A DNA stretch of 64,000 bases from Balanoglossus misakiensis (GCA_040954595.2 CM082593.2:8565200-8629199), one strand, 5' to 3'; counted from the first letter of the stretch, positions 40,698 through 52,282 are shown. Program-made: numbers and translations. The notes: generated by a model from the sequence alone, not told the origin.

Positions 40698-43641
40698 TTA
40701 AGTCCTATTCCTACATGTATATGTATGTGTAACTAATCCTACACCTTTTATAGTAATCAGTTCATGGTAGATCCGATACTAGACTTTTTACTAAAAATCT
40801 ACAAGTACATGTACAACTCAAAGCACTGCTTTTGCTATGACTTGTCTCTTAATCTGGTATACCTACAACTAATATTGATAAAATCTAAACTGTTTTTCAA
40901 ACACTGCAAAGACTAATGTTATCTTACTGTGATTATTTCCCTACAACTAACCTTTTCACCAAATTAAAAAAATTGACAAACTCCTTCTTTTCAGGGATTC
41001 TGCCTGACCTATTCTTGATCGCGTCATCATATCTAATCCTACTTTCTAATGGGCTAGTCAGTGGCCTTACCTAAAAATTGAGGGCATAACAGTTCAAATA
41101 TACCATCACCTAGCATTTCAAAACGTTAAGAAATTTTGAAACTTAGTCTTGTAACCATCGATGTGTTCTCACTGTTTTAAATTAAAGAATACTTCATTTT
41201 CAATTAGCATAGTATGTGAGAACCTGTCCAGTTCTGACTTCAGTTGATATAAGTTCAGTCAACTTTGTTTAACATTATAGAAAGCTTCTATACAAGTCGC
41301 TGGTGGGAAATTCCTTTAGCAAAGTACTTAATCTCCCAGTCACCCTATATGGTGGAACACTGGTATTTGTGTATGTGTGTGTCTGTGTTTCTCCACCCCT
41401 GTGCTCTTCTTGGATGCCCCTAATAACTGCACATATACCCGTGGCTATACCCAGTAGTAAGCTCCCTTGACTCGAGTGTGCTCATTGTAAAATCCTGTAA
41501 ACATCAGTAATGTACCCCTTTCACCCCTATTTCATGATAGACGAGTCCAACTATGTAGTGGGACGTACACTTTGGAGTTTATAACCAAAGAGCGAAGAAA
41601 CTGAGGGTAAGAATTTATTATTCTGATACTCACCAGAAGTCCACCTGGTATACCTCTGAATAAATACATTCCATCGGGTATTTGACGGAAAAACGTGTCA
41701 GTATGCATTCCATTGTCCAGAATTGATTTGGGTACATCTCCCAAGACTTCAATGTACTGTCCTACCAGCTGTGACTGTGAAAGGTCCAGGATGACAACAT
41801 ACAACATGTACATGTATAAATGTACATGTATTATCAAAGACAACAATGTCAATATCATGTACATGTATTTAGATTAATTAAATGAAGTTGAAACTCCATG
41901 GAATAATTTAGTGATGATCTATAAGGTTTTTTTTCAAACTTACTGGTGTATAAGCAGGAAAGAGGCTAGTTCCAGTGTACATTTCACAGACAATGGTTCC
42001 AAGACTCCACATATCGATGGCTGCATCGAAGTCTGTACCGAAAGTTATCTCAGGAGCTCTGTACCATCAAGTTTGTATGTTTTCTCCTTTAACCTGTTAT
42101 TCATAAAACAAAACACAAAATTTTAAAGTTAATAGTAAGGTATAAGACTTAGACAATATACAGAGCAGTTGAAAGAAAATCTTGATTGCAATCATTATGT
42201 GAATTAATGAGAGAACTGGACCTTTCACTTACACACTCATTCTTGCGACGTGCCAGGCCAAAATCAATGAGTTTAACATCAATCTTCTTGAGATCTTTCA
42301 GCATGATGTTGTCTGTCTTGAGGTCACAGTGAAGGAGACCCACACTTGGACTGCCCAAGAATTCCAAGGCTTCCAACACCTGTCTGGTAATTTTTTGTAC
42401 CACACCCAAGGAAAGTCTCTTGGCTTTTGATTTATTGATTAGGTCATGCAGACTCCTTCTGTACAATATGGCATTGTAATACAGAGTGAGTTCTTGTATT
42501 GAAACGCTGATTCCATCATAACTAGAAAGAATGAATCACAACAATTATCAAACATATCAGGTACATGAACAATAAATCTACTCCTGTCTCCATGTGACTG
42601 TGTCTAACACTATAAATGAAACAGAAATTCATGAAATTCAACAAGCTCCATGCAAAAGAGGGGAGCACAATGAAATCTCAATTACCAGTAGTTAAAACAC
42701 ATATGGTATTATTGTTTGATAGTCTGTGCGATATTACAGTCTGGCTGAAAGCTTTATTAGCTGTAACTTTTCGCTGTTTTCAGTACTTTTGTTGTTTTGT
42801 GTATCTACTGTATCTACTCCCTGAAGCATAATGTAATGTGAACTATCCAGCTTATTAACACAACCTATACCTATATAGTCATCACTGTTATTGTGCAAAA
42901 TTTGTATACCAGTCCGGACCAGAATTCATTTGTCAACAATAACAATGACCATTACACACATACAGGCTATGTTGACAAGCGTAGTACTTAGTATATTAGC
43001 ATACTATTTGGAGTAGAACAAGAAATCGCATTTGATACATAGAAGAAAAATACTGAAATTAAAACCAAAAGTCTCTTTAATCTTACCTGTGTGAACATTG
43101 TATCCAGGACTGTTTTGTTTGACCCAACTGAGCATTTTAACTTCAATTCTTAGAGTCTTATTTCGACTCTCCCGTTTCTCCAACTGGACCATCTTCAGGG
43201 CTTTCTCCATCCTGGATCGCCGGTCCCACACTTTCACAACCTGGCAAAAATCAGTGGTTTATGCGTTAGAGAATGAAAACACAATACAGTATTTATATCC
43301 ACTTTCTATATGGACAATATCAGTATGCCCTCTTAGCCCATATGATGAGCCACTGACTTTACAAACTCACTCAGTGACTCAAGAAATGTTTCCATAATAC
43401 ATGTAAAAGGTATAGGGCTGACTCGCAGATATTTTTAAAGATCCCCAACCTGTCTCAAAGATCTTAAAAAATATGTTTGTTTGTTTAATAGAGGGCACAC
43501 TGAACAATATCGTAAATAAAATGTAAATTTATAGGAACTCAAACAAAATCACACAAGTTTGATCATTTTTTTTATTACTACGTATAAAAATATATTGAAA
43601 ATCACATAAGCCACTATTTATTGCAATGTACACAGTATTAA

Positions 43642-43727
43642 CTCTTTCACCCCCAGTTCCCTCTTTAGAGGTCCAACCATACCCTAGAAAAACAATGGGT
43701 TTGGACTGAACCGTGGTGGTGAAAGGG
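43642..43727. mobile_element. Tiny piggyBac-like MITE
   Basis: ttaa|ctctttcacc ... ggtgaaaggg|ttag. Confidence 0.65.
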
Positions 43728-44520
43728 TTAGAGCATATGAGAAATGCTAAATAAAATACTTACCACTCCATACCCTCCCTGTCCAAGTGTTTCAATAACT
43801 TCGTAACGGTTAAAATAGGTAGCACCTACATCAAGCTTCGGTTTCTCATCTTGTGTATTATCAAGAGTGGGAGTATACACAGATGGGATGGCAGGTGTTA
43901 TAGGAATCAGTCTCTGCAGTCGGCTGGCATAACAGGATTTCACTGGCTGTTCAACAGGAATAGGTATTCGAGACTTTGGCCTAGCACCCTCTATACCAGC
44001 AGGAATTTTAAACCCGCAAAAATATCCGTAACCAGGAAAGTTCAACTTAAATTTACAAACAAAATAAAAAAGGCGCTGACGAAGGTTTCCGACTTCAGAA
44101 GTTGTCACTATTTAAGTAAAATTAAAAATTTGCCTAAACTTACTTTGAAGTGCAAATTAAAAGTCTTTGAATGGAGCGTAGTGTATCTACCAAAATATGC
44201 CTTTCCACTTATCGAAGATAGCTGGCGCTATTCCCAAGTACTGAATATTCAATTCAATACTACAGTTCTCTATAGAGACCCTTCATTCCACTTGAGACAG
44301 CCGTGAAGCAGGCAAGGCGTGTGTAAGCTACATGAGCTATAAACAAGCTATTTCAGCAATTTTTAAAGCACAAGGCAAAAAACTTTCCAATTCACATGAA
44401 GCCGGGACGGGTTGCAGGGATGGAGCGTAGATACACTACGCTTCATTCAAAGACTTTTAATTTGCACTTCAAAGTAAGTTTAGGCAAATTTTTAAGTCTT
44501 TTTCATTCCGCTCCGTGTAT

Positions 44521-45417
44521 CTACCAAAATATGCGTGTGTGTCTCTGGTAGAATCTTGTAAATGTAGAAGTATTTGACCAATCTCCAAGATGAAGAATCT
44601 GTGTCAAAGTTGCTCCCTGTCTCTGAGCTGCTGAGCATGCTGCTCCTCTAACACTGTGAGCCTTGAAACATTTTGTGTCAAGGCCTGCCTCAGTCATGAC
44701 TGTTCGCACCCAACGTGCAATAGTCTGTGAAGTCACTTCATGATAAGGACTTCTAAATGAAATAAAAAGTCTTGAAGGGCGAGTCTTGCCAGATTGTACA
44801 ACCATATCTCTAAACCTCGTGGTTCTGGAAATAATACTTCTTATATAGTGTCTGACATCGAGAGACTTATCTCGAAAAGCAGGACACTTCACAGTCTTGT
44901 ATGGCTTGGTAACCAATGACGTCTTCGTCAGTTGTGGAACAACAAATAAAATAAAATTATCAGCTATATTACAAAACTTAATATCCAATTTTGCTATCGT
45001 CTGACCTCTGTCTGAGGATGTCAGCGCTAGTAGCATAACAGTTTTCAAAGTTAACTGTTTCAAACTCAAACTCGAAGTTGGGTGTAACGACTTCAGATAA
45101 TTCAATACTCTTGTAACCTCCCATGTGACTGGATATCTTGGCGCTGGTGGCCGAATATGAAACATTCCTCTGAGTAACTTGACTATCAGTGGATGAGATC
45201 CTATATGTTTGCCATCCACACTAAAGTGTGCTGATGAGATGGCTGCTCGATACCCATTCAGTGTACTGTATGTTAGGTTTCCATCCTGAAATAGTTCAGT
45301 AAGAAACTCTACTACTGTTGGTACAGGACATGAAACTGGATCAATATGTCGTTGACTACACCAGCTTGCAAACTTTGTCCACTTGAAGTCATACTGTCTT
45401 GATGTGCTTTGCCGCAC
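44521..45417 (-). CDS. DIRS tyrosine recombinase (intact ORF)
   Basis: SAM-like core-binding region, then LLALTSSDR, KT, FKAHSVRGAACS and GDWSNTSTFTRFY catalytic motifs. Confidence 0.93.
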   Translation of the reverse strand: MRQSTSRQYDFKWTKFASWCSQRHIDPVSCPVPTVVEFLTELFQDGNLTYSTLNGYRAAISSAHFSVDGKHIGSHPLIVKLLRGMFHIRPPAPRYPVTWEVTRVLNYLKSLHPTSSLSLKQLTLKTVMLLALTSSDRGQTIAKLDIKFCNIADNFILFVVPQLTKTSLVTKPYKTVKCPAFRDKSLDVRHYIRSIISRTTRFRDMVVQSGKTRPSRLFISFRSPYHEVTSQTIARWVRTVMTEAGLDTKCFKAHSVRGAACSAAQRQGATLTQILHLGDWSNTSTFTRFYQRHTRIFW

Positions 45418-46980
45418 TGCTTTGACAAGAATGTCTGTTGCCTGTGCTTAAAGTCCCTGACTTCTGTAGTGTCTCCTGATAGCATCCACGCGGCTAAGGG
45501 TACCAGATTTATTCTGGGTGGTCGCCCTGTGTGTGGTTCCACTAGCAAGTCTCTGCACTTTGGTAACAGAACTGGACATTGACTCGACATTTGTAGTAGT
45601 AGTGGATACCAGGGTCTCTTTGCCCATACCGGTGTTACCATGATTGTTCTGCCCTAATGTCTCTCCGAATTTTCTGTAGACATTTGGTTATTAGTGGTGG
45701 TGGCGGAAAAATGTACATATCTTTGTGTGCCCAACTCAGTGAGAATGCATTCACTGCCATTGCTTGGGGATCTATTGTCCATGATACATACTGCGGAAGC
45801 TGCTTTGTTATGCGGCTTGCAAACATGTCCACCACTAGCTCTGGACTTATGCGCTGTTTGGGTCTACGCTGCTCTCCGTCCCCACAGCTATGGAGCCATC
45901 CGTAGGAAACACTGTTGGGGTGCAGAGCAAAATGATACGCATCGATTTTCAAACAATAAACTACATGAACATGTACATAATGTTGTCAGAAATAAAGATC
46001 GAACAAAAATTTCACAAATGGGAACCTATGGACGTTCACCCTCATTTAAGTCATGTGATCAACACGTGTTTTACTCGGCGTGTTTGTATGGGAGGGTCAC
46101 CAGTTTTACGGCGCTGCGTTAACGACGTTTACGATTCGGCGACAAACATGTCAAGTAGGTTCCCATTTGTGAAAGTCTCTTGGTTGGTATTAAATGTGAC
46201 TTCATTTCGTTTGGGATGAAGCCCAATTGACGAAACAATGTCATTAGCTTGTTGGTGTTCTGATGACAACTTTCTCTCTCTCCAGCTTTGTTGAATACAT
46301 CGTCTATGTAACTGGTGCAAACTATTCCCTGCTTTCTGGCATGTGCCATTGGTATTCTCATCACCTTTGTGAAAATGCGAGGAGCAGGAGGAGGTCAGTC
46401 CGAAAGGAAGACAAGTGTACTGGTAACGCTGATTTTGCCACTGAAAACACAGGTACTTTCTGTGGTCTTGGTGTATTGGTATCATATGATACGCATCTGT
46501 TAGATCTATTGATGTCATGTAGTCATCTTTCTCCAGACTGTCCTGAATAAATGGATGCCCCTCCATGCGAAACTTTACCCTCTTTATGAAAAGATTCAAT
46601 TGACGAAGGTCTATGATGACACGCATACCTCCTGTCCTCTTCGGTATTACGAAGATTCTGGACAGAAATTGATCTGGCTTGGGTGGTACTGGTTCTATTG
46701 CTTGTTTGGACAATAACAGATTGATCTCTTCCTGTATCCTTAGAAATTCGTCCTGTGACTTTGGAACTGATACTGGTTGAACTGCTTGGAACGGAGTATT
46801 GAGTAGCTGAAGTCGATTACCTTGAATTACTTTCAATATCCAAGAGCTCTTTGTGATTTTTTTCCATTTTTCCACAAAGAACTGAAGTCTGCCAGCATGT
46901 GGCAGACTTACCAAAGGAATGTCATTGCTTAGAATGCTTTCCTTTACCCCGGCCTCTATAGGACCGCTGGTTTCTGTCAT
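45312..46980 (-). pseudogene. DIRS RT/methyltransferase-like ORF, frameshifted, with the RNase H region replaced by foreign DNA
   Basis: GRLQFFVEKW, IFVIPKRTGGMRVIIDLRQLN, SIDLTDAYH, LPFGL and YIDD; later VDMFAS...YIFPP...PVWAKRPWYP. Frameshifts near 46390 and 45650. Confidence 0.9.
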
Positions 46981-47087
46981 CTCTGTACTTGTAGTTGCTT
47001 TTTGTCATAACTGGATGAACCTCTGCCATAACTGGATTTCCTTTTATCATACGACTGTGACTTCCCTTTTGAGGAGCTTGCAACACT

Positions 47088-48251
47088 TCAAAATGCATTC
47101 ACAGACTTCTTGGATTCATTGATGGCCTTCACCAAATTCCCACCAAAGAAACCTTTCATAGTGGGTTTGGATGTCTGCAAAATATCTTCGTATTCCTCTC
47201 GGAAAAGAGGTTTCAATCTCGCCTGACGTACCTCGGCCATCATGGAACTGGCTGTAGTTAATAAATGGGTAGCATCAGACAGCCCTGACTTAACTTGCTT
47301 CTTAACATCTGCATCAACAGCTTGAAATTTAGACGAACATACTAGTTCCAACGCCTTGATGATAGGTCGCAATGCAGAATGCATAACAGTATGAGTCTTA
47401 TAATATGGCCTGTCGTAATTACGAAAATTAGGCGCACTTGACGATATTAAACTACGTAATTCTGACGGCATTTCCTGTACCTCAAACGGTTGTTTCTTAT
47501 CTTCAGGAACTAAATAATTCTGCTGAAGTTCCTGTAACTGCTTAGGAGACAGGCGTTTATCTATACGCTTCATCAACCAGTCGACTGAAGTTTGGGCCAC
47601 CGGCCATGTGACCGGCCCTGCGATGTGGTCGGGAACATCATCAAATATGGCGTCCAACTCATCGAGCGATGACGCACTCACAGGCAACTGAGACGACTCG
47701 GGAAAATCTTCCCGTAAATCATCGTCCGAATCTTCATTATAGTCTAATTCTGTACCAAACTCACTGTCAGAGTAACGACTAACTTTGCTTGGACAAGACA
47801 CTGACGCCGGAGAACGACTCCGTTTGCGTGACCCATGACCCATACTAGTACTCGAACGTCTCCCGACGCCATCTTGACCTGCCGCTGATTGCGACGCAAT
47901 AAATTCAGCCATTGTCGCATTACTGGCTTGGGTCTGGTTAACAAGTTCTGACATCTTCCCCACTAGCTGGGCAAAAATATCCGGCATAACAGCCGTACTA
48001 GTAGATGGTCCGGCAGCAGCAACAGGCTCTTGTACAGGTTCTAGATGAGGCATGGGTAAGTCACTAGGTACGTCCGTGATAACAGACCTGTTATCTTCCT
48101 GACTAGCGGTAAAACAACCAGCTAAATCGTCAGGATTATCAACTTCTGATGCCTCCGTGCGCGTTGCACTACTGGAGGGCTTAGATTTCGTTCGTTTAGA
48201 TTTCTTCAACTCACTCATAGCGAAAAGGTCGGAGCGCCAGCAAGACGACAC
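47088..48251 (-). CDS. DIRS ORF1 (gag-like)
   Basis: 387-aa ORF directly inside the ITR and upstream of RT; low-complexity S/R-rich N-terminal half and helical C-terminal half. Confidence 0.75.
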   Translation of the reverse strand: MSSCWRSDLFAMSELKKSKRTKSKPSSSATRTEASEVDNPDDLAGCFTASQEDNRSVITDVPSDLPMPHLEPVQEPVAAAGPSTSTAVMPDIFAQLVGKMSELVNQTQASNATMAEFIASQSAAGQDGVGRRSSTSMGHGSRKRSRSPASVSCPSKVSRYSDSEFGTELDYNEDSDDDLREDFPESSQLPVSASSLDELDAIFDDVPDHIAGPVTWPVAQTSVDWLMKRIDKRLSPKQLQELQQNYLVPEDKKQPFEVQEMPSELRSLISSSAPNFRNYDRPYYKTHTVMHSALRPIIKALELVCSSKFQAVDADVKKQVKSGLSDATHLLTTASSMMAEVRQARLKPLFREEYEDILQTSKPTMKGFFGGNLVKAINESKKSVNAF

Positions 48252-49169
48252 CTGCTGAACGGCGCACGAAAGTGGAATGAAGGGTCTCTATAGAGGACTG
48301 TAGTATTGAATTGAATATTCAGTACTTGGGAATAGCGCCAGCTATCTTCGATAAGTGGAAAGGCATATTTTGGTAGATACACGGAGCGGAATGAAAAAGA
48401 CTTTACATGCGATACTATAATGTGGGCACCCAGTGCACCGAACTCGTTTTGTTAAACTGTAGAAAAAATGCATCAAAACAAATCACCCAAACAAACATTT
48501 TGTATATCTTAAGATATTGAGAAAGAAGCGAAAAACTGCAACATAGTCAATACATGTAAGTTGCAGTTGGTCACTTTCAGGATGAAATGTGCATGATCCG
48601 CTTGACGTGGCGACGCTCGGCCGTCGACGGGCGAAGACTGAAAAGTCTGTATTTAGTGAAAAATACTGAATATTTGCCTCGAACAAACGTTGGTTTATAA
48701 ATTGTAGCTTTACTTACGATCCATACCTCTTCTCGTGTTATGTTTTGGTGAAGATATGCAATGAGTTTCTTCGCAGCGATGTGTATGATGCTTGCATCAA
48801 AGTCACTATGAAGTGTTTGTGTACGACAACATTCGACCACCATCACCATGGCAACAAGAATCGAACTTTTCGAATGATTTGCGTCACACACGTCGCAGAT
48901 TATGCAGATGTGATCATGTGTACGCGAAGTCCAGAAGTACCGCGACCGCCTATACCTACCCACCTTTTCAGATTATTTTCCATCACAAACACAGGAAAGT
49001 TAATAAACGATCCGGAGAATATTCATGCAGAGCTTGTACATCTACAAACAATCTGGGTCTCATCAGGAAATAAACAGCGATAGCGAATGCGTGGACAAGA
49101 TACGAAACGTGTCCTATAAATCATGCGGAACTGTGTAGTGTTTACACTGACACTAATACTGTGGCTTTG

Positions 49170-49415
49170 TGTAAGGATACACCTACCTAGCTCTAAGTAG
49201 CTATGAAGTCACTTGGACTGGTACTAGTAGTAGTTAGGCGGATCGGATGAGCACGTACGCACGTCTAGTCGGTTTGGGGGTTCGGATAGCAAGTGAAGCA
49301 GCCGACGGAAGAGCGAGGGATCCCGGATGTAACGTCATCCTCGTAGTTCTTCGGAATGCTTCGGGAGTCGAGGGATATGATCGGCGCTATGACGCAATAG
49401 CCTCGTTCCACAACA
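49170..49415 (-). repeat. Putative 3' LTR preceded by a polypurine tract
   Basis: The minus strand reads aacggaggagag|TGTTGTGG... (PPT 49416-49427). A plausible ...CTTACA end lies at 49170, but the distal boundary is uncertain because no second LTR is present. Confidence 0.55.
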
Positions 49416-49560
49416 CTCTCCTCCGTTCTATTTTTGGCTTGTTTCCAGGGCACCAATAAATAATATGTAATCGGGCGTCAAATGTGGGATACTGTCCTCC
49501 AGTCTTTCCCGTAGCGACGGAATGTAACGAAATATAATAGTTCACTGTGAAATAAGCGAT

Positions 49561-49699
49561 GAAAGTCTGTCTCCGAGTAGACGGAATTAGACATTCCTTG
49601 AAAATAAATTGTTTAAAGTAAACTGCACCGTGAGGAAAGTCTGTCTCCGGGTAGACGGAATTAGACATTCCTTGAAAATAAATTGTTTAAAGTAAACTG
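49561..49699. repeat. Two tandem copies of a ~65-bp motif (period 74) in the retrotransposon 3' UTR
   Basis: gaaagtctgtctccg(a/g)gtagacggaattagacattccttgaaaataaattgtttaaagtaaactg at 49561 and 49635. Confidence 0.9.
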
Positions 49700-49751
49700 T
49701 TCAGTAACTGAAATATTTCCACCGTATCTACGGTTAGGATGGAGCAGGGCT

Positions 49752-52074
49752 TTACACCTGATACAATTTTTTGGTGTTGGCCACGGTAATCTCCAGCAGT
49801 TCGCGGGTGGACACTATCCTCACTTCTGCTACTGCGGATGCCACGTCTCCGATGTATCGTGGAGTGTTAACGTCCACTTCTTGGGTCAGCGGGAAGTACG
49901 GAGAGTCAGTTTCAATAAGTAATTTGCTTCCCGGGATCTCCTGTAGGGCCCGCCTCTGCTCCTTATCAAATTTTGCCACCAGACCAGTGAAGCCGAAGTA
50001 GATATTAGGGAACTCCCTCATCCAACGATGTGCCAGCCAACAGTTGCCAGAGAAACAATGGAGGTGCACCCGTTGTGTGGGCGCACAACATTGCCGCAAG
50101 ATTCTCATGGCGCAGCCACTGACATCGATGGAGTATCTCTCCGCGTGGGTACCACGTATGTGTAAGATGATCGGCTTCCTTGGCATCCCCAACCCCAGAA
50201 GCCGCACCAGGGTCTCCTCTTGTTTTTTTCCAGTTGATCGACGGGGTCATCCTGTCAAGACCGACGTCACCGAGGGCGATCACTCGGGGCGACAAAATCA
50301 GCTCTCCAAGTTTCTGGAATTTCTCGTCGGTCAGTCGGTGGATGGCTTTTGGATGCACCCCCAATGCGATTTTCCAGTTTTCGTTCCTATCAGAGTCGGA
50401 TGGGTATTGATCGGGCTCACTGTAGACTTCGATTCCGTGTATGGAGTGTACCGGATGTTTAGGCATTGGTAGATCAGGTGCCCTTAGGAGCTCGTCTGAG
50501 GTCACTTTCCACCCTTTCCCAAACAAGCATCGACTTGTACGGTCCAGGTGGAAATGTGAGTCCCAAGCTTCGGGAAACACTTCGATTTCTTGTGTCTCCA
50601 TCTCATCCGCAGAAACTGGGGTTGTGGTAGATTGATGGCTCTCTGGTGGTCTGCTAGTGCCTTCCCCGTCGGGTCGTTCTGGATTTACGTTATTTGCTGA
50701 TTCTCCCCCAGGCCTCACCGCTGTCGACGGTTCATCCCGGAATGAATCAAACAGCTCACGGAACTGTTTCCGTTGCTCCAGTGATATCCTGCTGATCATA
50801 ATGGAGATACTCCCCCAATAGATGATCACCGCTGGGGAGTTCGGCGGCTTCAGCAAAAACTTCTCTGGAATCTCCCAACTATTCAAAAGGCACAGGTGTC
50901 TCATCAGCCTTTGATATTCGTCGGACAGTTCAGAGGTGGCTGGTATCCTCTCCACTTCGCTATGGTCGTCCACGAAGGACCTCCATAGTATCTCCTTCGT
51001 CGCCCCAGCGCCAAGGATCCACTTAGCTAGCTAGTCTAGAGCCATGCCCATTTTTGTATGTGTCCGGTTCTTCATTGCGGTACTTCATCTCCCATAATGC
51101 GGGCGAGATGTGAGTGTACAGGACGTGGTGTTTTAGCTTTGACGTTGTCAGGGAGCAGTCCTGTACAGGGCACTTGCATAGCTTTTGGCGATTTTTTTTC
51201 TGTCCGGGTTCTTACCAGAGTTGGTTGCTCTGCTGCCGGGGTCGGTTGGGATAGACGGGATTGATGGTTGTCCACCTTTCACCGTTGATTGGTTTGTTCG
51301 GGAAACCTTTCTGGAGATTTCGTACTCCCCTCCGGATACCACGGAGAAGGTAGAAGTAACTTTAAAGTTTTCCCGTTTCTTCCCCTTCTTCTCTGCCGTC
51401 GACTGAAACCGACGTTTCCCCCTGGTTGGGGCGGGAGGTGGGACTGACCGCTGGCTGGCCTGGTCGGTGGATGAAGCTGAGGTTGTCACTGTAGCTGGTG
51501 TGCGTTCATTCGTCTCCTCGTGTCCACGAGATTGTTCTGAGTGAACGTCATTCCCCTTAGATTCAGCTGTCGGTGCCTGGTCAGGACAGTCACTGTCTAC
51601 CGGGATTCCGGCCTGGTCCGCTGGAGTGGATGCTGATATTAAAACTTCCTCTCCAGTTGCCGCATTATGTCTGGTTGTAACTAGGTCCGTCCGGTAGCTC
51701 AGTCTACAGTCCCTGACCATTCCTCGTTCGTTGAACTCATGGTGGTAGACTGGCTTCACCTTTGGTTGGTTCATCCTGGGATTTTTGTGAGGGATGTTCT
51801 CCTGCATCCAGGCCAATGAGCAGCAAAACTCACACTTGTGAGCTTCTGTTACCTACCCCCAGTCTCCTCTCTGAACGGCGATCTTGTACTGCCTGGTGAC
51901 CAGACCTTGAATGATATCTGACTCCAGGCCCATGCAGAAACCAAGCTCTGACATTGATTCCCGGGCCGGAATCAGGTATCTTCTGGCGATCTTTTCTTCG
52001 ATGCTGTTCACCACACGTCGCCACCGTTCAGGATCATGCAGACTAGAGGGTTTCTTCTGGCGTTCTTCAGCCAT
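49752..52074 (-). pseudogene. Retrotransposon accessory ORF3: N-terminal unknown region, C2H2-like finger, C-terminal TatD-family nuclease (degenerate)
   Basis: TatD motifs DSHFH, GVHP, ALGDVGLD, PIILHIR, HLHCFSG, LLIETDSPY, NTP and ANTKKLY. Finger CKCPVQDC-x7-KHHVLYTH at 51107-51178. Stops at ~51853 and ~51032; frameshifts near 51195, 51045 and 50225. Confidence 0.88.
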
Positions 52075-52282
52075 TTAAATTAAATGTAATTAAAAAACTT
52101 TATAATAAAGTAAAAATAATAATTCTTCTCTTCAGTTCCCGTATACCTCGGGATAATTCCTGCCCGATCCGTTGGCCACGGGTTGGTAGGATGTCTGAAA
52201 GATTAAACATGGAAGATATTTTGTCAATTCACATGCATAACATTATTCAGAGTTATTGCATGTTGTCATATATTTTCCATGA

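Larger units (their letters stand above)
37622..43994 (-). pseudogene. DYRK/HIPK-like CMGC serine/threonine kinase pseudogene (multi-exon)
   Basis: GT-AG exons ~43994-43764 (YEVIETLGQGGYGV), 43240-43087 (VVKVWD..KALKMV..EVKML), 42521-42233 (HCDLKTDNIML..VKLIDFG), 42093-41944 (IQT*WYRAPEI..AIDMWSLG), 41774-41634, 41070-40952, 39902 onward (RITVQEALSHPF plus a low-complexity tail), and tentative tail exons to 37622. Lesions: 2-nt frameshift near 42467, in-frame TGA at 42067-42069, a frameshift in the tail, and no ATG in exon 1. Confidence 0.88.
44122..48403 (-). mobile_element. DIRS1-type tyrosine-recombinase retrotransposon with inverted terminal repeats and internal complementary region
   Basis: The termini (~44122-44293 and ~48269-48403) share an inverted core. 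The ICR at ~44427-44534 joins the reverse complements of both outer ends. ORFs for gag, RT, a methyltransferase-like domain and tyrosine recombinase lie on the minus strand. Confidence 0.95.

Noticed and set aside
41330-41615. Possible SINE remnant in a kinase intron
   Set aside because: I could not identify A/B boxes or a TSD by eye.
48404-49169. Short overlapping ORFs between the DIRS and the LTR
   Set aside because: No domain or clear termini were recognised; the region is left unannotated.
50221-50231. Programmed ribosomal frameshift within TatD
   Set aside because: The shift falls in an A7 homopolymer and the ORF has several other lesions, so mutation or sequencing error is the simpler explanation.
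49752-50973. Host or bacterial-contaminant tatD gene
   Set aside because: It is intronless, fused to a long non-TatD N-terminus, degenerate, and embedded between a Gypsy integrase and a PPT/LTR within animal sequence.
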